Shown here: positions 32,699 to 44,312 of the stretch, piece after piece
Layout of the letters: each line of letters starts with the position of its first letter
Numbering within the stretch: position 1 is the first letter of the stretch
Origin: an uncultured Gemmatimonadales bacterium
GTDB taxonomy: Bacteria; Gemmatimonadota; Gemmatimonadetes; Gemmatimonadales; GWC2-71-9
Length of the DNA stretch: 64,000 nucleotides
Reading direction: 5' to 3'
Assembly: GCA_963821525.1 (NCBI GenBank)
Contig: CAWGED010000019.1
Span: 128,001-192,000, forward strand
Notes under the pieces: model-generated
Seen by the model: only the letters and a program-made list of their open reading frames with translations
What the model was told of the DNA's origin: nothing
The model's database searches: none
Position numbers and translations under genes: made by a program

Positions 32699-33631
32699 TG
32701 CAGGCAGAAGACGGGGCATCGCGTCCGTCCGGTCGAGTACCTGGTCGGCGGTTATCTCGTGATCACCAGCGTCCTGGCCTTGATCCGACTCGAGAATCAG
32801 CCGGCGTGTGCGTGGGTGCTCCTGGCCAATGCGCTCTACCTCCTGCTTATCGTGCTGTTCGTGCGGGCGGAACTGGGGGCGATCGGAAAGGGACTCCGCG
32901 AGATCTTCCCCTTGGTCCTGCTCACCTCCACCTATGGTGCGCTGGATCTCCTCAACAATTTCGGAGCTATCCCGACCCACGATCAGTGGGCCATGCATGC
33001 CGACCAGGTGTTGTTCGGCGGCCAGATCTCGCGGGAGTGGTGGCAGGCCCACCCCAGTCCGTTTCTCTCGGCCCTATTCCATGCGTCCTACTTCGCCTAC
33101 TACCCGATCGTTGCGTTACCCGTGCTGTACTTCCTGTTCACGGGTCGGATCGAAGCCTGCCGCCGCTCGGTCCTGTGGCTCACGGGGACCTTCCTCGGCT
33201 GCTATCTCCTGTTCCTTGCCGTTCCGGTAGCCGGACCGTACTACGATTTTCCGCGACCCGACCCCGTGATCATGGACAATCCAATGGCCAGGCTAGTCTA
33301 TGCGACACTTGCCCGGGGGAGTTCCTACGGCGCGGCGTTCCCGTCGTCTCACGTGGCAGCCGCACTCGTGGCTACGGCCGCCGGATTTCTCGGGGTCCGA
33401 TGGATCGGATGGGTACTGACGGTGCCGTCGATCCTTCTTTGTATCGGAGTGGTCTACTGCCAGATGCACTACGGAGTGGATGCCTTGGCCGGAGGAGCGG
33501 TTGCGCTGCTGGTTATCGGCTCAGGCTGGTGGGCGGAACGCGGCAGGGAGGGAAACGAATCGAGGACCGAGGCGAGGCGTCGCGCCTCACACTCGGTCCT
33601 CGATTCTCAAAACCTCAGTCCTCAGTCCTGA
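32689..33631 (+). CDS. PAP2-superfamily membrane phosphotransferase, Aur1/IPC-synthase-like (start approximate)
   Basis: Multi-TM; PVAGP, AFPSSH, HYGVD motifs. Confidence 0.75.
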
Positions 33632-33640
33632 CTCCTCGTC
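33558..33640. repeat. Hairpin plus heptamer array (CTCAGTC-like) overlapping the PAP2 3' end
   Basis: gaatcgaggaccgag ... ctcggtcctcgattc inverted pair, then cctcagtcctcagtcctgactcct. Confidence 0.6.
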
Positions 33641-33645
33641 ACACC

Positions 33646-34134
33646 CTACTGAACGGTGATCGTGCCCCGCATGTTGAAGGCGAGGTGAGGAGTGCAGTGG
33701 ACGTGGTATACTCCCGCCGGAGCGCCCGCGAAGGAGATCTCGTAGGTCTGGTCGGGCTGGACCAGCATCGGACCGGTCAGCGGAGCGATCACGTCCTTCA
33801 TCGCCTTATCGAGAACCGGCCCCGCGCCGGCCGGGATGCTATCCTTATCGAAGGCGACGTTGTGCGGGCCGCCGGTGTGATTATGAAAGCGCACGACGTC
33901 GCCGGACTTGATGGTGACACTCGCGGGATCGAACTTGCCGACCTTGCCGTCGAAATCCATGTTCACGTCAACCGTGTTGCCGGAGCCGGCCATCGCCTGC
34001 TGGGCCGACGGGGTGGCAACAGCGGCACCCGTGTCAGCCGCGGCGGCCTGCTCCGGGGCCTTCTTTTCACCACCGCACGCGGCAACAGCGAGCAGCAGCC
34101 CCGCCGCGAGAGAAGTCACACGCATTGCGACCAT
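33646..34134 (-). CDS. Plastocyanin/azurin-family blue-copper lipoprotein
   Basis: Lipobox VAAC, Ala-rich linker, GPHNV, C-x2-H-x4-M (CTPHLAFNM). Confidence 0.9.
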   Translation of the reverse strand: MVAMRVTSLAAGLLLAVAACGGEKKAPEQAAAADTGAAVATPSAQQAMAGSGNTVDVNMDFDGKVGKFDPASVTIKSGDVVRFHNHTGGPHNVAFDKDSIPAGAGPVLDKAMKDVIAPLTGPMLVQPDQTYEISFAGAPAGVYHVHCTPHLAFNMRGTITVQ

Positions 34135-34211
34135 CCTCCATCAGAGTGTTTGAGAGCGGGCTTGTGAATTCGGGCACAAAGATAGCGCGCCGGTCTGAAA
34201 ATGGGAGGGCC

Positions 34212-34979
34212 GTGCCCTCGTGTTCCGGCCTGGGAAAACAGTGCCGTGAGCTCCCTGTGCTCCTCAAGATAGGAAGCCTCGAAGAAGGCCCCGACTCGCT
34301 GGATCATGAATCAACCTGGCTGCTGGGGCATACAGCGCAGGTCACCTTCGGCGACCTTCGCATAAAGGGGCAGGATTTGCTCGTCCCGGCAGTGCTCCAC
34401 GTCACATGCAAGCACCTGAAGGACGGAATGACCGGTGAGGCACGCTGCCAGGTCCATGGCTTCGAGGGATTAGCGCCTCCGGTCAGCACCGGCGCTCAGC
34501 AGCCCCGCCAGTTGGGCCCCGACCGGTTTCAAGTGATCCAGGACCACAAGCCGGTCAGAAAGGTCCTGCCAAATGTCCGACGAAGCCTTCCCGTGCTGCA
34601 GGGAGACAATCCGTGCGCCACAGCGCCGTGCCGCACCGCGGACAACCGGATAGGGGCTGCCTGCTGTCGCGATCTCCAGGTCGAGATCATGTGCGAGCGG
34701 GACGAGGTGGAGCTGGAGGCCCTCGTTCGTTCTCGTCGCTCCCCCTATCTTTGTAAGGTCACCAGGGAGGGGGATCACTCTCTGGAGGCCGAAATCATCT
34801 CGGCCTGCGGGTATCTCGAGGCCGGCACCCGGAATTGCTCGCTCCACGGCCGCACCAGGGAGGATGGCCGTCCGGCCAAACCGGACCTGTGCAGCGACTG
34901 GCCCCCAAAGGGAAAGGGGCTGCATCCGGGATGTGTTTTCGGGGCCTCCTCGGGCCGGAAAAGAAAGAAAAAGTTGTAG
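34212..34979 (+). CDS. Cys-rich hypothetical protein, YkgJ-like (start approximate)
   Basis: CxxxxC...CC, C.YL.....C.LH...KP..C..WP pattern. Confidence 0.55.
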   Translation: MPSCSGLGKQCRELPVLLKIGSLEEGPDSLDHESTWLLGHTAQVTFGDLRIKGQDLLVPAVLHVTCKHLKDGMTGEARCQVHGFEGLAPPVSTGAQQPRQLGPDRFQVIQDHKPVRKVLPNVRRSLPVLQGDNPCATAPCRTADNRIGAACCRDLQVEIMCERDEVELEALVRSRRSPYLCKVTREGDHSLEAEIISACGYLEAGTRNCSLHGRTREDGRPAKPDLCSDWPPKGKGLHPGCVFGASSGRKRKKKL

Positions 34980-35058
34980 CAGCAGGAACAGGCAAGTGTG
35001 TGGGTTAAGCGGAGTTCCGCGTCAATGATGAAGCCGCGGGACTTCCGGAGAAAAGCCG

Positions 35059-35571
35059 ATGGCGGATGAACTGGAGGAACTCTACCGCACTACCTATCCC
35101 ACCGTCGTACGTTTTCTGTACCGACGGGTCTGGGACGCGGATAGAGCACAGGATCTGGCCCAGGAGGTCTTCATGCGGCTCATGGCCCACCGGCCGGAGA
35201 AGCCGCGGGCCTGGTTGTTTGCGGTGGCGGCGAACCTGGCGCGGGATGAAGCTCGCGCCGCGGTGAGGCGCAAGCGGCACCTGACGCTGTTGAAGGACGA
35301 CCCGGTAACCCTCCCGTCGATTCAGCCCTCGGCGGAAGAGACGGTCGAGCAGGACGAACGGCGCTCGAAGGTGGAAGCGGCGTTGGGAGCTCTTACCAAG
35401 CGGGACCGGGAGGTGCTGCTGCTATGGGACGCAGGTATGAGTTATCCCGAAATCGCCCAGCAAACTGGCCTTGCTCTGGGAGCCGTGGGCACGACGTTGG
35501 CCCGGGCCCGGAAGCGGTTGGTCGACGCATATGATCGAATGGAGCAGCAGAGCCGTGCGGCACATTCCTGA
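35059..35571 (+). CDS. ECF RNA polymerase sigma factor
   Basis: AQDLAQEVF, AWLFAVAANL, GMSYPEIA, LARARKRL. Confidence 0.92.
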   Translation: MADELEELYRTTYPTVVRFLYRRVWDADRAQDLAQEVFMRLMAHRPEKPRAWLFAVAANLARDEARAAVRRKRHLTLLKDDPVTLPSIQPSAEETVEQDERRSKVEAALGALTKRDREVLLLWDAGMSYPEIAQQTGLALGAVGTTLARARKRLVDAYDRMEQQSRAAHS

Positions 35572-36577
35572 CGAAGAATTGCATGCCTATCTCGACCAGG
35601 CGCTGAGCCGTTCTCAGTGCGTGGAGATCGAGAGCCACCTCGCCGAATGTCCCGGCTGTAGCGCGCGCCGGGATGACACGGCTGCGCTCAGGGACCGCAC
35701 TACCGCCCTGCTCGCCCGTCTAGGTCCCGGACCGATTGTGCCACCAAGCTTCGCCATATTGAGCGACCGCTATGAAGCGGAACGCCGGTGGCGCCGCCAG
35801 TGGACGGTACGGGCGGGTTGGGCTGCCAGCCTGATCGTGGCGGCCGGCCTCGGCTGGAGCGTGAATCAGCGGGTTCACTCCCAAGTGGTCCGACTCGACA
35901 CGGAAGCGCCGATCGCCATCGCCCCGGTCGCGATTCGCCCGCTCCCATCCGATGCCCGACCCACCGCCCTTCCTGCCGTCCAGACCACCAAGCCTCAGCC
36001 GACCCGTCCCAGGCAAGCCGTGGCACTCCGCGAGCCGACTTCGGCCCGTCTGCCGGTGGCAGCGTTCCAGGTCGCGGACGAATCGGCCGAGGTGATGGTG
36101 GCGTCCTACGCGCCGGCTCCGGAGGGAACCGACCAGGCGTCTCAGGAAGTGTTCTCGGTGGAGAGCCAGCCTGCGGTGAGCGGGGGCAACCTGCAGGGCT
36201 TCTGGCGCAACGTCGGCGTAGACGGGCTGGAGCCGTCGACTCCCGGCCAGCTCGCTCGCGTCCCCGGGTTGCCGGTGATCCAGGTGCAGGTGCAGCCCGG
36301 CGAGGCCGGTGCCGAAGTCACCGCGGTTGATCAGCAGTTGGAAGACGGTCAGCTCATCCGGACTATCGAGGGTCCGGCCGCCAAAGTCTCCTCGCTGATT
36401 GCCAACCAGGAGGCGGAGGACGCGTCAAGCCGCCAACCGGACGCTGCGAACGGAAACCAGCCGGACAAAATGACCCTGACTTTGCGTCAGGGAGACCGGA
36501 TGCTCGCCGTGACCGGGCCCTCGAAGGTGCTCGGGAACCTGATGATTTCGCGTGGGGGCGTGCGGAGGCGATACTAG
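35555..36577 (+). CDS. zf-HC2 anti-sigma factor
   Basis: AYLD..L.......HLAECPGC (HxxxCxxC) followed by one TM segment. Confidence 0.85.
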   Translation: MRHIPDEELHAYLDQALSRSQCVEIESHLAECPGCSARRDDTAALRDRTTALLARLGPGPIVPPSFAILSDRYEAERRWRRQWTVRAGWAASLIVAAGLGWSVNQRVHSQVVRLDTEAPIAIAPVAIRPLPSDARPTALPAVQTTKPQPTRPRQAVALREPTSARLPVAAFQVADESAEVMVASYAPAPEGTDQASQEVFSVESQPAVSGGNLQGFWRNVGVDGLEPSTPGQLARVPGLPVIQVQVQPGEAGAEVTAVDQQLEDGQLIRTIEGPAAKVSSLIANQEAEDASSRQPDAANGNQPDKMTLTLRQGDRMLAVTGPSKVLGNLMISRGGVRRRY

Positions 36578-36583
36578 ACTCGC

Positions 36584-36689
36584 GGGGAACGGGGAACGGG
36601 CCAGCCGAAAATATCACAGCCCTCCTTGGCGAAGCGCCAACGGAGGGCTGATTGTTTTACGATCAACCGTTCCCTGTTCCCTGTTCCCG
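36584..36689. repeat. Inverted heptamer arrays (GGGGAAC ... GTTCCCT) flanking a terminator-like hairpin
   Basis: Arms flank cagccctccttggc-gaagc-gccaacggagggctg, between convergent genes. Confidence 0.75.
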
Positions 36690-36691
36690 CT

Positions 36692-38053
36692 TTACCGCTG
36701 CTTGTGCCTCCGCTCGATCACGTCCGCGGCCACATAATCGCCCGACGCCTCTTCATGCTCGAACTCGCCGGTGATTTCCTGATGTGAATGTCCGCGTTCC
36801 CGATCCAGCGTGATTTCGGCGAGCCGCGGGGAGACCATCGGGAAGGTGCGAGCGAAGATCCCATAGCAGAGCAGGAACAGTCCCAGGAATGCGGCGGTCG
36901 AGGCGAGCTCCGGCATGCCGAACACCGGACCCGGCTCTCGAGTCACCGAGGGCATCACGTCGAGATAGCGCTCCAGCCAGAGCGACACCAGACTGATCGA
37001 GGTGAAGAGTGCCAGGGTAAACGGCACCTTCTTGGGCAGCACACCGAGCAGGCCGAAGAAGGGAATGACGAACATGCCGAGGAACACGGTGCTGCCGATC
37101 GGGCGCCAAGGACCCCAGAGCCTGGCAAACAGGAATCCGGTTTCCTCGGGAAGGTTGCCGTACCAGATCACCAGGAACTGAGCCCACATGAGGTAAGCCC
37201 AGAATACGGTGAAGCCGAAGCAGAGCTTGCCCAGGTCGTGCCGCTGCTTGGGAGAGACGAGAGCGGCGATTCCCACCTCGTTGCGCCCGTAGAGCATCAG
37301 TAGCGCGAGAAGGGTATGGGCTCCCAGGAACGCGCCCATGAAGAACCAGCCGCCGAACAGGTTGGAGAACCAGTGGGGCTGCAGACCCATGACCATGTCG
37401 AATGCCACCAAGGTAAAGACGATGGCATAGACCACCACATACGCCGGAGCGAGGGTGTAGATGGTGTGATCGTTCCGCGCCCTGGCCTCGGGGGAGTCGT
37501 CATAGCCCGCGGTCCAGCGATCGTACATGGTGCGGCGCCGGCCGGTGAGCAGGGCCTTGGTCTCGAACATGTCGGGGATCAGGTCCGCGCGGATCAGCCG
37601 GTAGCCCAGGTAGTAGAGCAGGCACAGGCCGATGAAGAGCCGCCAGAACATGAAGCTGTGCGATAGCCAGAGCTCTTTCGCGTGCCCCAGCCCTTCCATC
37701 GCCGGGAAGATGTGGCTGTAGCCGACGGTGAAGATCAGCAGGAATCCAATCAGCGATACCGGGAAGAACAGGAAGGCGGCGGCCTCGGAGAACCGGATCA
37801 TCAGGCCCGACCACTTGGCCTTGGTCACCTTCTGCACCGCCACGAAGGCCATGCTGCCCCCGGTGAGGCTGGTGAAGAAGACCCAGTTCACATGAAAGAG
37901 GTGCCAGGCTCGATCGGCCTGAGCGCCGGTAAGCGAGATGCCGAGCAGGATCAGACCGGCCACGCTCAACACCGCTCCGAGGCCGACGAACAGGCTATAG
38001 CGCGCCGAGAGAGCCCGGATCGCGAGGGTTTCCCGTACGACTGTGCTGGCCAT
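36692..38053 (-). CDS. actF: Alternative complex III membrane subunit ActF
   Basis: About 10 TM segments; PHWFSNLFG, HDLGK..FGF..FWAY, IWYGNLPEE. Confidence 0.9.
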   Translation of the reverse strand: MASTVVRETLAIRALSARYSLFVGLGAVLSVAGLILLGISLTGAQADRAWHLFHVNWVFFTSLTGGSMAFVAVQKVTKAKWSGLMIRFSEAAAFLFFPVSLIGFLLIFTVGYSHIFPAMEGLGHAKELWLSHSFMFWRLFIGLCLLYYLGYRLIRADLIPDMFETKALLTGRRRTMYDRWTAGYDDSPEARARNDHTIYTLAPAYVVVYAIVFTLVAFDMVMGLQPHWFSNLFGGWFFMGAFLGAHTLLALLMLYGRNEVGIAALVSPKQRHDLGKLCFGFTVFWAYLMWAQFLVIWYGNLPEETGFLFARLWGPWRPIGSTVFLGMFVIPFFGLLGVLPKKVPFTLALFTSISLVSLWLERYLDVMPSVTREPGPVFGMPELASTAAFLGLFLLCYGIFARTFPMVSPRLAEITLDRERGHSHQEITGEFEHEEASGDYVAADVIERRHKQR

Positions 38054-38652
38054 TATTGGGCTCCTCCCGGGGCGGGAGCCGGCCCGGATCCCTGGAGCTG
38101 GCGGACGAAGTTCACGATCTGCCACCGATTTTCGCCGCGGACCTTGTCGCCGTAGAGCGGCATGACCCCTCGTCCGTAGCGGATGATGCTGTAGATGTAG
38201 CCGTCGGTGTATGCCTTGGCTCGATCGGTGAGCAGCGACAGCGCACCCATCTTGACCCCTACCAGTCCATCGCCCGCGCCGATCGGTCCGTGACAGACGC
38301 TGCAATAGGTGTGATAGAGCGTATCGCCCACGGCAGTAGCCGGCTGGCCCGCGAGCGGATTCACCACTTTGTCCGCCACGGCCGGATCGAAACCGTAGGC
38401 CAGCTGCAGCGGGTCTCCAACCTGCCAGCTCTCCTCCCCACCACTGACCGGCACCGTGCCCGGGACGGTATTCCGCGGGATGTCGCCACGCTGATAGGGA
38501 GAGATCGAGCGCTGGAAGATCATCGCGTCGAACCAGGGCACCAGGTGCAGGGCATCATCCGGCGAGGGCACGTCGTTGTAGTAGAAGTCGCAAGACGCCC
38601 CGAGGCCCACCAGCAGGACCAGTGCGGAAGCGCGCAGAGTCTTACGTCGCAT
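38053..38652 (-). CDS. actE: ACIII monoheme cytochrome c lipoprotein ActE
   Basis: Lipobox GASC, VPGTVP, CSVCHG, distal MP. Confidence 0.9.
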   Translation of the reverse strand: MRRKTLRASALVLLVGLGASCDFYYNDVPSPDDALHLVPWFDAMIFQRSISPYQRGDIPRNTVPGTVPVSGGEESWQVGDPLQLAYGFDPAVADKVVNPLAGQPATAVGDTLYHTYCSVCHGPIGAGDGLVGVKMGALSLLTDRAKAYTDGYIYSIIRYGRGVMPLYGDKVRGENRWQIVNFVRQLQGSGPAPAPGGAQ

Positions 38653-39151
38653 TGCGCACCTCCACCGCACCCGCGTCCCGGACGATCCGCTCGATCTCCG
38701 AGCCGGGATCGGCCCCGGCCGGCACGAAGATGCCGATCCGGTCGTCCGAGAAGGAGGGATCATAGGCCAGGCCGGTAGTCCGCTTGGCGAGACTGAGGAC
38801 CACCAGGCCCACGACCGTGCTCAGCGCCCCGATCAGGACCATCAGCTCGAACATGAAGACCACGTAGGGCGGGACGGTCGCGATCGGTTTGCCGCCCACC
38901 AGGAGAGGCCAGTCGAGCGACATCCAGAAGGTCATGCCGACACCAGCGAGACAACCGGTCACACCGCCGACCAGAGTAAAAAGGCGTACCGGACTGTTGG
39001 TCACGCCGAGGGCTTCCTCCAGTTCATGGATCGGCGCCGCGGAATAGACCGTGAAGTTCCGCTTGCCCTGAGCCCGTAGCGACCTGATGGCGTCACAAGC
39101 CGCGTCGATGTGCTCGAAGATTGCCAGGACGCCGGGGACGGGTTTGGCCAT
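38642..39151 (-). CDS. actD: ACIII subunit ActD (DUF3341)
   Basis: DWPLLVGGKP, FELMVL, YDPSFSDDR. Confidence 0.88.
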   Translation of the reverse strand: MAKPVPGVLAIFEHIDAACDAIRSLRAQGKRNFTVYSAAPIHELEEALGVTNSPVRLFTLVGGVTGCLAGVGMTFWMSLDWPLLVGGKPIATVPPYVVFMFELMVLIGALSTVVGLVVLSLAKRTTGLAYDPSFSDDRIGIFVPAGADPGSEIERIVRDAGAVEVRNAT

Positions 39152-40502
39152 CAGTGGCCTCCCTTTCTCAACCGCGGCATCGGAATCATCTCCTTCAGCT
39201 CCTGAATCGCCACGACCGGGAAGGTCCGGGCAAAGAGGATGAACCACATGCTGAACCAGCCGAAGGAGCCGAGCAGGATGCCCCAGTCGGCCCAGGTCGG
39301 GGTCATCTGGCCCCAGGCATACGGGTCATAGTCGTTGCTGAGACTCGAGACGATGATGACGTACCGCTCGAACCACATTCCGATATTGACGAAGATCGAG
39401 ATGACGAAGAGCGCCGTCAGGTTGGTGCGGATCTTCCGAAACCAGAAGAGCTGGGACACGAACGCGTTGCAAATGATCATGGTCCAGCCGGCCCACCACA
39501 TCGGGCCGAAGGCACGGCGCCAGAACGTCTCCTGCTCGAACGGGTTGCCGCTGTACCAGGCGATGAAGTACTCCATCGCGTAGGCGTAGAACAGGATCGA
39601 GCCGGTCAGCAGGGTCAGCTTCGCCAGATTATCGAAGTGGTACTCCGTGATCATGTGCTCGATCTTGAGCGCCTTGCGGAGCGGGATCAGGATCGTCAGC
39701 ACCATGCCAACGCCGGAGTAGATGGCCCCGGCGACGAAGTAGGGAGCGAAGATGGTCCCGTGCCATCCCGGGATGATGCTCATCGCGAAATCCCAGGACA
39801 CCACCGAGTGCACCGACAGTACCAGCGGAGTCGCCAGCGCCGCCAGGTAGAGGTAGGCACGGGTGTAGTGCCGCCACTGGTTGTCGGTGCCTTTCCATCC
39901 CAGCGAGAAAAACGAATACACCTTGTGGCGCCATCCCCGCATCTTGTCGCGCGCCGCGGCGATGTCCGGCACCAGTCCCACGCACAGGAAGGTGGTGGAG
40001 ACCGTCAGGTAGGTGGAGATCGCGAAGACGTCCCAGATCAGGGGCGACTTGAAGTTGGGCCAGAGGAACGCGGCATTGGGATACGGAAGCAGCCAGTAGA
40101 AGAACCACTGCCGGCCAATGTGGATGATCGGGAAGAGGCCCGCCGTCATCACGGCGAACACCGTCATCGCTTCGGTGGCGCGGTAGACCGCGGTGCGCCA
40201 CGGACGAGCGGAACAGGAACAGGATGGCCGAGATCAGCGTTCCGGCGTGGCCGATACCGATCCAGAACACGAAGGTAGTGATGTACACCGCCCACATGAC
40301 CGGCGGTGCGTAGCCCGCCAGCCCCAGCCCATCCTTGAGGAGCATCGTGAACGTGCCGATGCCCGACCAGGAAGCAGAGCACCGCCACGCCGAGCGCGAT
40401 GAAATAACCCCGATCCGCGGTCCCCAGCGTGTTGACGACGTCGCGAGTGACCTCGGCGTGGGTCTGATTCGAATGGTGCGGTTCGTGCGCGATGGCGGCC
40501 AT
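39151..40502 (-). CDS. actC: ACIII NrfD-like quinol-oxidising subunit ActC (frame breaks)
   Basis: [44 protein letters not shown]. Confidence 0.92.
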
Positions 40503-40505
40503 CGC

Positions 40506-43500
40506 TCAGGCCTCCGTCCGGTGGAGAACCTTGGCCAGATAGGTAATCGCCGGCCGCACGTTGATCTCTTCGAAGACATGGTAGCCGCGGTGGTTGGTCT
40601 TGAGCGCCATCACCTTGCTGCCGGGATCCTTCATGTTGCCGAAGACGATGGCGTCCGAGGGACAGGCCTGGGCGCAGGCGGTGATGACATCGCCGTCCTT
40701 GAGCTGCCGGTCCTCCAGGCGGGCCTGGTGTCTGGGCTCCCGGATCCGCTGGACGCAGAAGGTGCACTTCTCCATCACGCCGCGGGCCCGGACCGTGACG
40801 TCGGGATTGAGCTGCAGGTTGAGCGGTTCGGGGAACGCCTTCTTCGCGTAGGCGAACCAGTTGAAGTACCGGACCTTGTAGGGACAGTTGTTGGAGCAGT
40901 AGCGGGTGCCCACGCAGCGGTTGTAGACCTGGCCGTTCAGCCCGTCCGGCGTGTGGTAGGCGGCGTAAACCGGGCAGACCGGCTCGCAGGGCGCCGTGTC
41001 GCAGTGCTGGCAGAGCATGGGAATGAACCCGCGCCTCGAGCGGATCGCCGGTATCACCCCCGCCCTCCCAGAACCGCTCGATGCGGATCCAGGTCATTTC
41101 GCGGCCCCGCCGGACTTCATCCTCGCCCACATAGGGGATGTTGTTCTCAGCGTAGCACGCGGTGACGCAGGCCGAGCATCCGGTGCACTTGGCGAGATCG
41201 ATCGCCATGCCCCACATGGGCTGATCGCCGGCGTAGGCGCCGTGCTTCCGTCTTCTCCAGCTGGCTCTCCCGGAAGCCGTGGATCGCTTCGACCTCGCGC
41301 TCGGTATTGATCTCGTGCTCCTCGTGGCCCTGTTCCTCGAGCGCGAGGGCGGGGGTGAGGCCCTTCTTGGCCTGCTCCAGCGTCATCGCGTCTGCGATGC
41401 CGCGACCCAGCTGGCGGGTGCGTGCCTTCGGTCTTCGCCAGCTTCTTGTACTGCCCGGTCTTGGTCAGGGTGACGCGAGTCGCGAGGTACGGCAGGAATC
41501 CGTTCCCGTCCTTGGCATCGAGCAGGTCCAGCGCGTTGACCCCACGGTCCTTGGCGAAATCGCCGAAGGCGGTGTGTCCCAGGCCGAGCGGAACCGCGAC
41601 GACGTCCGGATGGAGTCCGGGATAGATATAAGCCGGAGCCTCGATGTTTCCGTGGGGAGAGGTGAGCCGGAGGATCTCCCCTTCCCGCACGTCGAGGCGC
41701 TTGGCCAGCTCGGGGTGAATCTCAACCCACGAGTGCCAGGTGATCTTGGTGACTGGGTCAGACAGTCTCGAGCAGCCAGGGACGGTTGGCGAAGCGGCCG
41801 TCGCCCAGAACCGAGGCGTAGGGCGCGAACCAGTAACTGTCTCCCCCTCGCTGCCATCGAAAGACGCCGGGGTCGAACCGATCTGACCCGCGCTGGCTGC
41901 GAGGCGGACCGGTGTCACCGGCGCTTCGGTGTACACACCGCCGCGCTGCAACGCGGCGCGCCAGAAGCTCTCGGTATCGGTCGCACCCTGAGCTCGGCGC
42001 CACTGTCTGCCACTGGGTCTTGAGATAGGCCTCCCAGGACGGAGCATTGAAGCGGCTGAAGGCGCCACCGGCCTTCTGCGCCGTCTTGAGCAGGACATCG
42101 CCGGTCGCCATGCCGTTGAAGACCGGCTGCATTACCGGCTGCATCAGGCCGATCACCCCCGGCGCGGCCGGAGATCGTCCCAGCGCTCCAGGGCGTGCAA
42201 GCCGGGCAACAGCAGGTCGCAGAGAGCGGCGGTCTCATCCAGGTAGAGCGAGGTCGAGACCTTGAAGGGAACCTTGTTGAATTTCGCAGCGAAGCCGCCC
42301 TTGGCTGGCAGCGAGTAGACCGGGTTGGCCTCGTGGACGAGCACCAGCGAGACCCGCCCGCCATCCATGTCGGAGCCGAGGGCTTCGAGGGCGCCGTAGC
42401 CTTCACCACCGTCGAGGTCGGAGCCGAAGTTGACCGTGGTCCCGACGTTGCCGGCGATGTAGTTGAGCAGATTGACCGCGGCGCAAAGATCAATGGCGCC
42501 GCGATGCTGGTTCCCGATCCCGCCCGCTACGGCAAGGCTGGGCTTGGCGGAGGCGAACTCGCGCGCTACTCGGCGAATCACCTCGGCGCCGACACCGCTC
42601 GCTTCCTGCGCCTTCTCCGGGGTGAACGCCGCGAGCGCGCCGCGAAGCGCGTTGGCATCGGCCGGATTGCCGCTCCGCTCGCTCAGCAGCACGTTCGCCA
42701 TCGCTAGCACGATCGCGGTGTCTGCGCCGGGCTTGGTCGGGTGCCACTCGTCGGCGTTCATCCCGGTGAGCGACATCCGCGGAGCGAAGGCGACATGCTT
42801 CGCCATGTTCCCATTGTCGTAGCCATGGGACTTGGCGAATCCGCGCTGGTTCTCGAGCGGGGAGAGCCAGTTTTCCAGGAAGTCGGCCCCGAAGGAGACG
42901 ATGTACTTCGCGGCCGCGAAATCGTGGGCCGGCAGCTCGTTGGTGCCGAAGGTGCGGAGATTGGCCGCCCGCAGCGCCTCGTGAGCGAAGGGCTCGTAGC
43001 GAACTACCCGGCCCCCTGCGGCGGCAGTCCACTCGGCGAGGAAATCGGAGAAGGTGCCGCGGCCGGCGCCCGAGATCACCGCCACCTTGCCAGCAGCGCC
43101 GCTCAATTTCCCGGCGAGTGCCGCGATCGCTTCATCCCATGTCACATCCTTGAAGCTGCCGTCCGGCTGACGGGTCTTGGGCCCGGTGAGCCGTCCCGGG
43201 TTGTAGAGTCCCTGAAGTGCTGATTCGCCGCTGGGAACACATCTTCCCCGCATTCACCGGATGCTGGGGATTCCCTTCCAGCTTGATCGCCCGGCCTTCG
43301 CGAGTCTTTACGTGCAACCCGCACCCCGCCGAACATTCGGTGCAGGTGCTGGCGTAGTAGGTGGGAATGCCCGGCACCTGGTCCTCGGATTGAACCAGGT
43401 AAGGAACCAGCTTCTCTATCCGCTCGGTCGAACAGCCGGAAACCGCCATCGCCCCAGCGCCCGTCGCCCCGAGGACGGTGAGGAAGCGACGGCGATCCAT

Positions 43501-43527
43501 GCCTTCCTTCGGAGTTTCGTCTGACAT
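40506..43527 (-). CDS. actB: ACIII ActB, molybdopterin-oxidoreductase-like plus Fe-S domains (many frame breaks)
   Basis: Tat [36 protein letters not shown]...[28 protein letters not shown]. Confidence 0.9.
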
Positions 43528-43550
43528 TCGTGCTCCGAGTAGCCGTCAGG

Positions 43551-44157
43551 CTAGTGATGACACGCCGTACAATCCCGATTGACTTTCCGTTCCACATGGC
43601 AGGTGACGCAGAAGCCCATGTTCGTCACGTTGTTCACCTTGAAGACCTGCGGCATGCGCTGGACGTCGCCATGACAGGTGCTGCAGGCGTTGGGTCCCAT
43701 CGCCTGAATGTGCCGACTGTGCGGGAAGTGCACGTGCCTCGCCAGCGCATGAATGCGGGCCCACTCCAGATGCGGTTTGGCGGGATCGCTCTTGTCGGCC
43801 CAGAACTGGCGCAACTTCTTGATTTCCGTCTTGCCCCCGCTGTCGCTCCCCGAGATGACCAAGTGGCAGCCCATGCAGGTCTGAAGGCTCGGGATGCCCG
43901 GCTCATTCGATACGCCCACGCTGTAGTGGCAGTACTGGCACTGGATCTTGTACTGGCCGGCGTGGATGTCGTGACGGAAGAAGATGGGTTGGCGGGGACC
44001 GTAGAGGTCTGACGGTGTCGCCGGCAGCTATGGCCGTTGCGGTCACGGAGTCGGGGGCAGGTTTCCCCTGCTGAGCACCCCCGGGTCGTTGCAACAGGGC
44101 CGCCGCGCCCAGGGCGAGGAGAACCGACCCAGCTCCGAGAATGGCCAGCTTGCGCAT
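43551..44157 (-). CDS. actA: ACIII pentaheme cytochrome c ActA (frame break near 44010)
   Basis: QPIFFRHDIHAG; five CxxCH motifs (CQYCH, CMGCH, CSTCH, CVTCH, CTACH). Confidence 0.9.
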
Positions 44158-44312
44158 GATCGCTCAGGAACGGGAGAGGAGTCGCCCGCCGACCGGTTCC
44201 AAGTCCAAGTCAGCGGAGGCAGAAGTTTGTGAATTGTTTCACGAATTTTCAAGGGCCGGCATGCGGGCCAAGTATAGCTCGTCCAGCCCCTTCAACAACC
44301 GGCACTTTGGTG

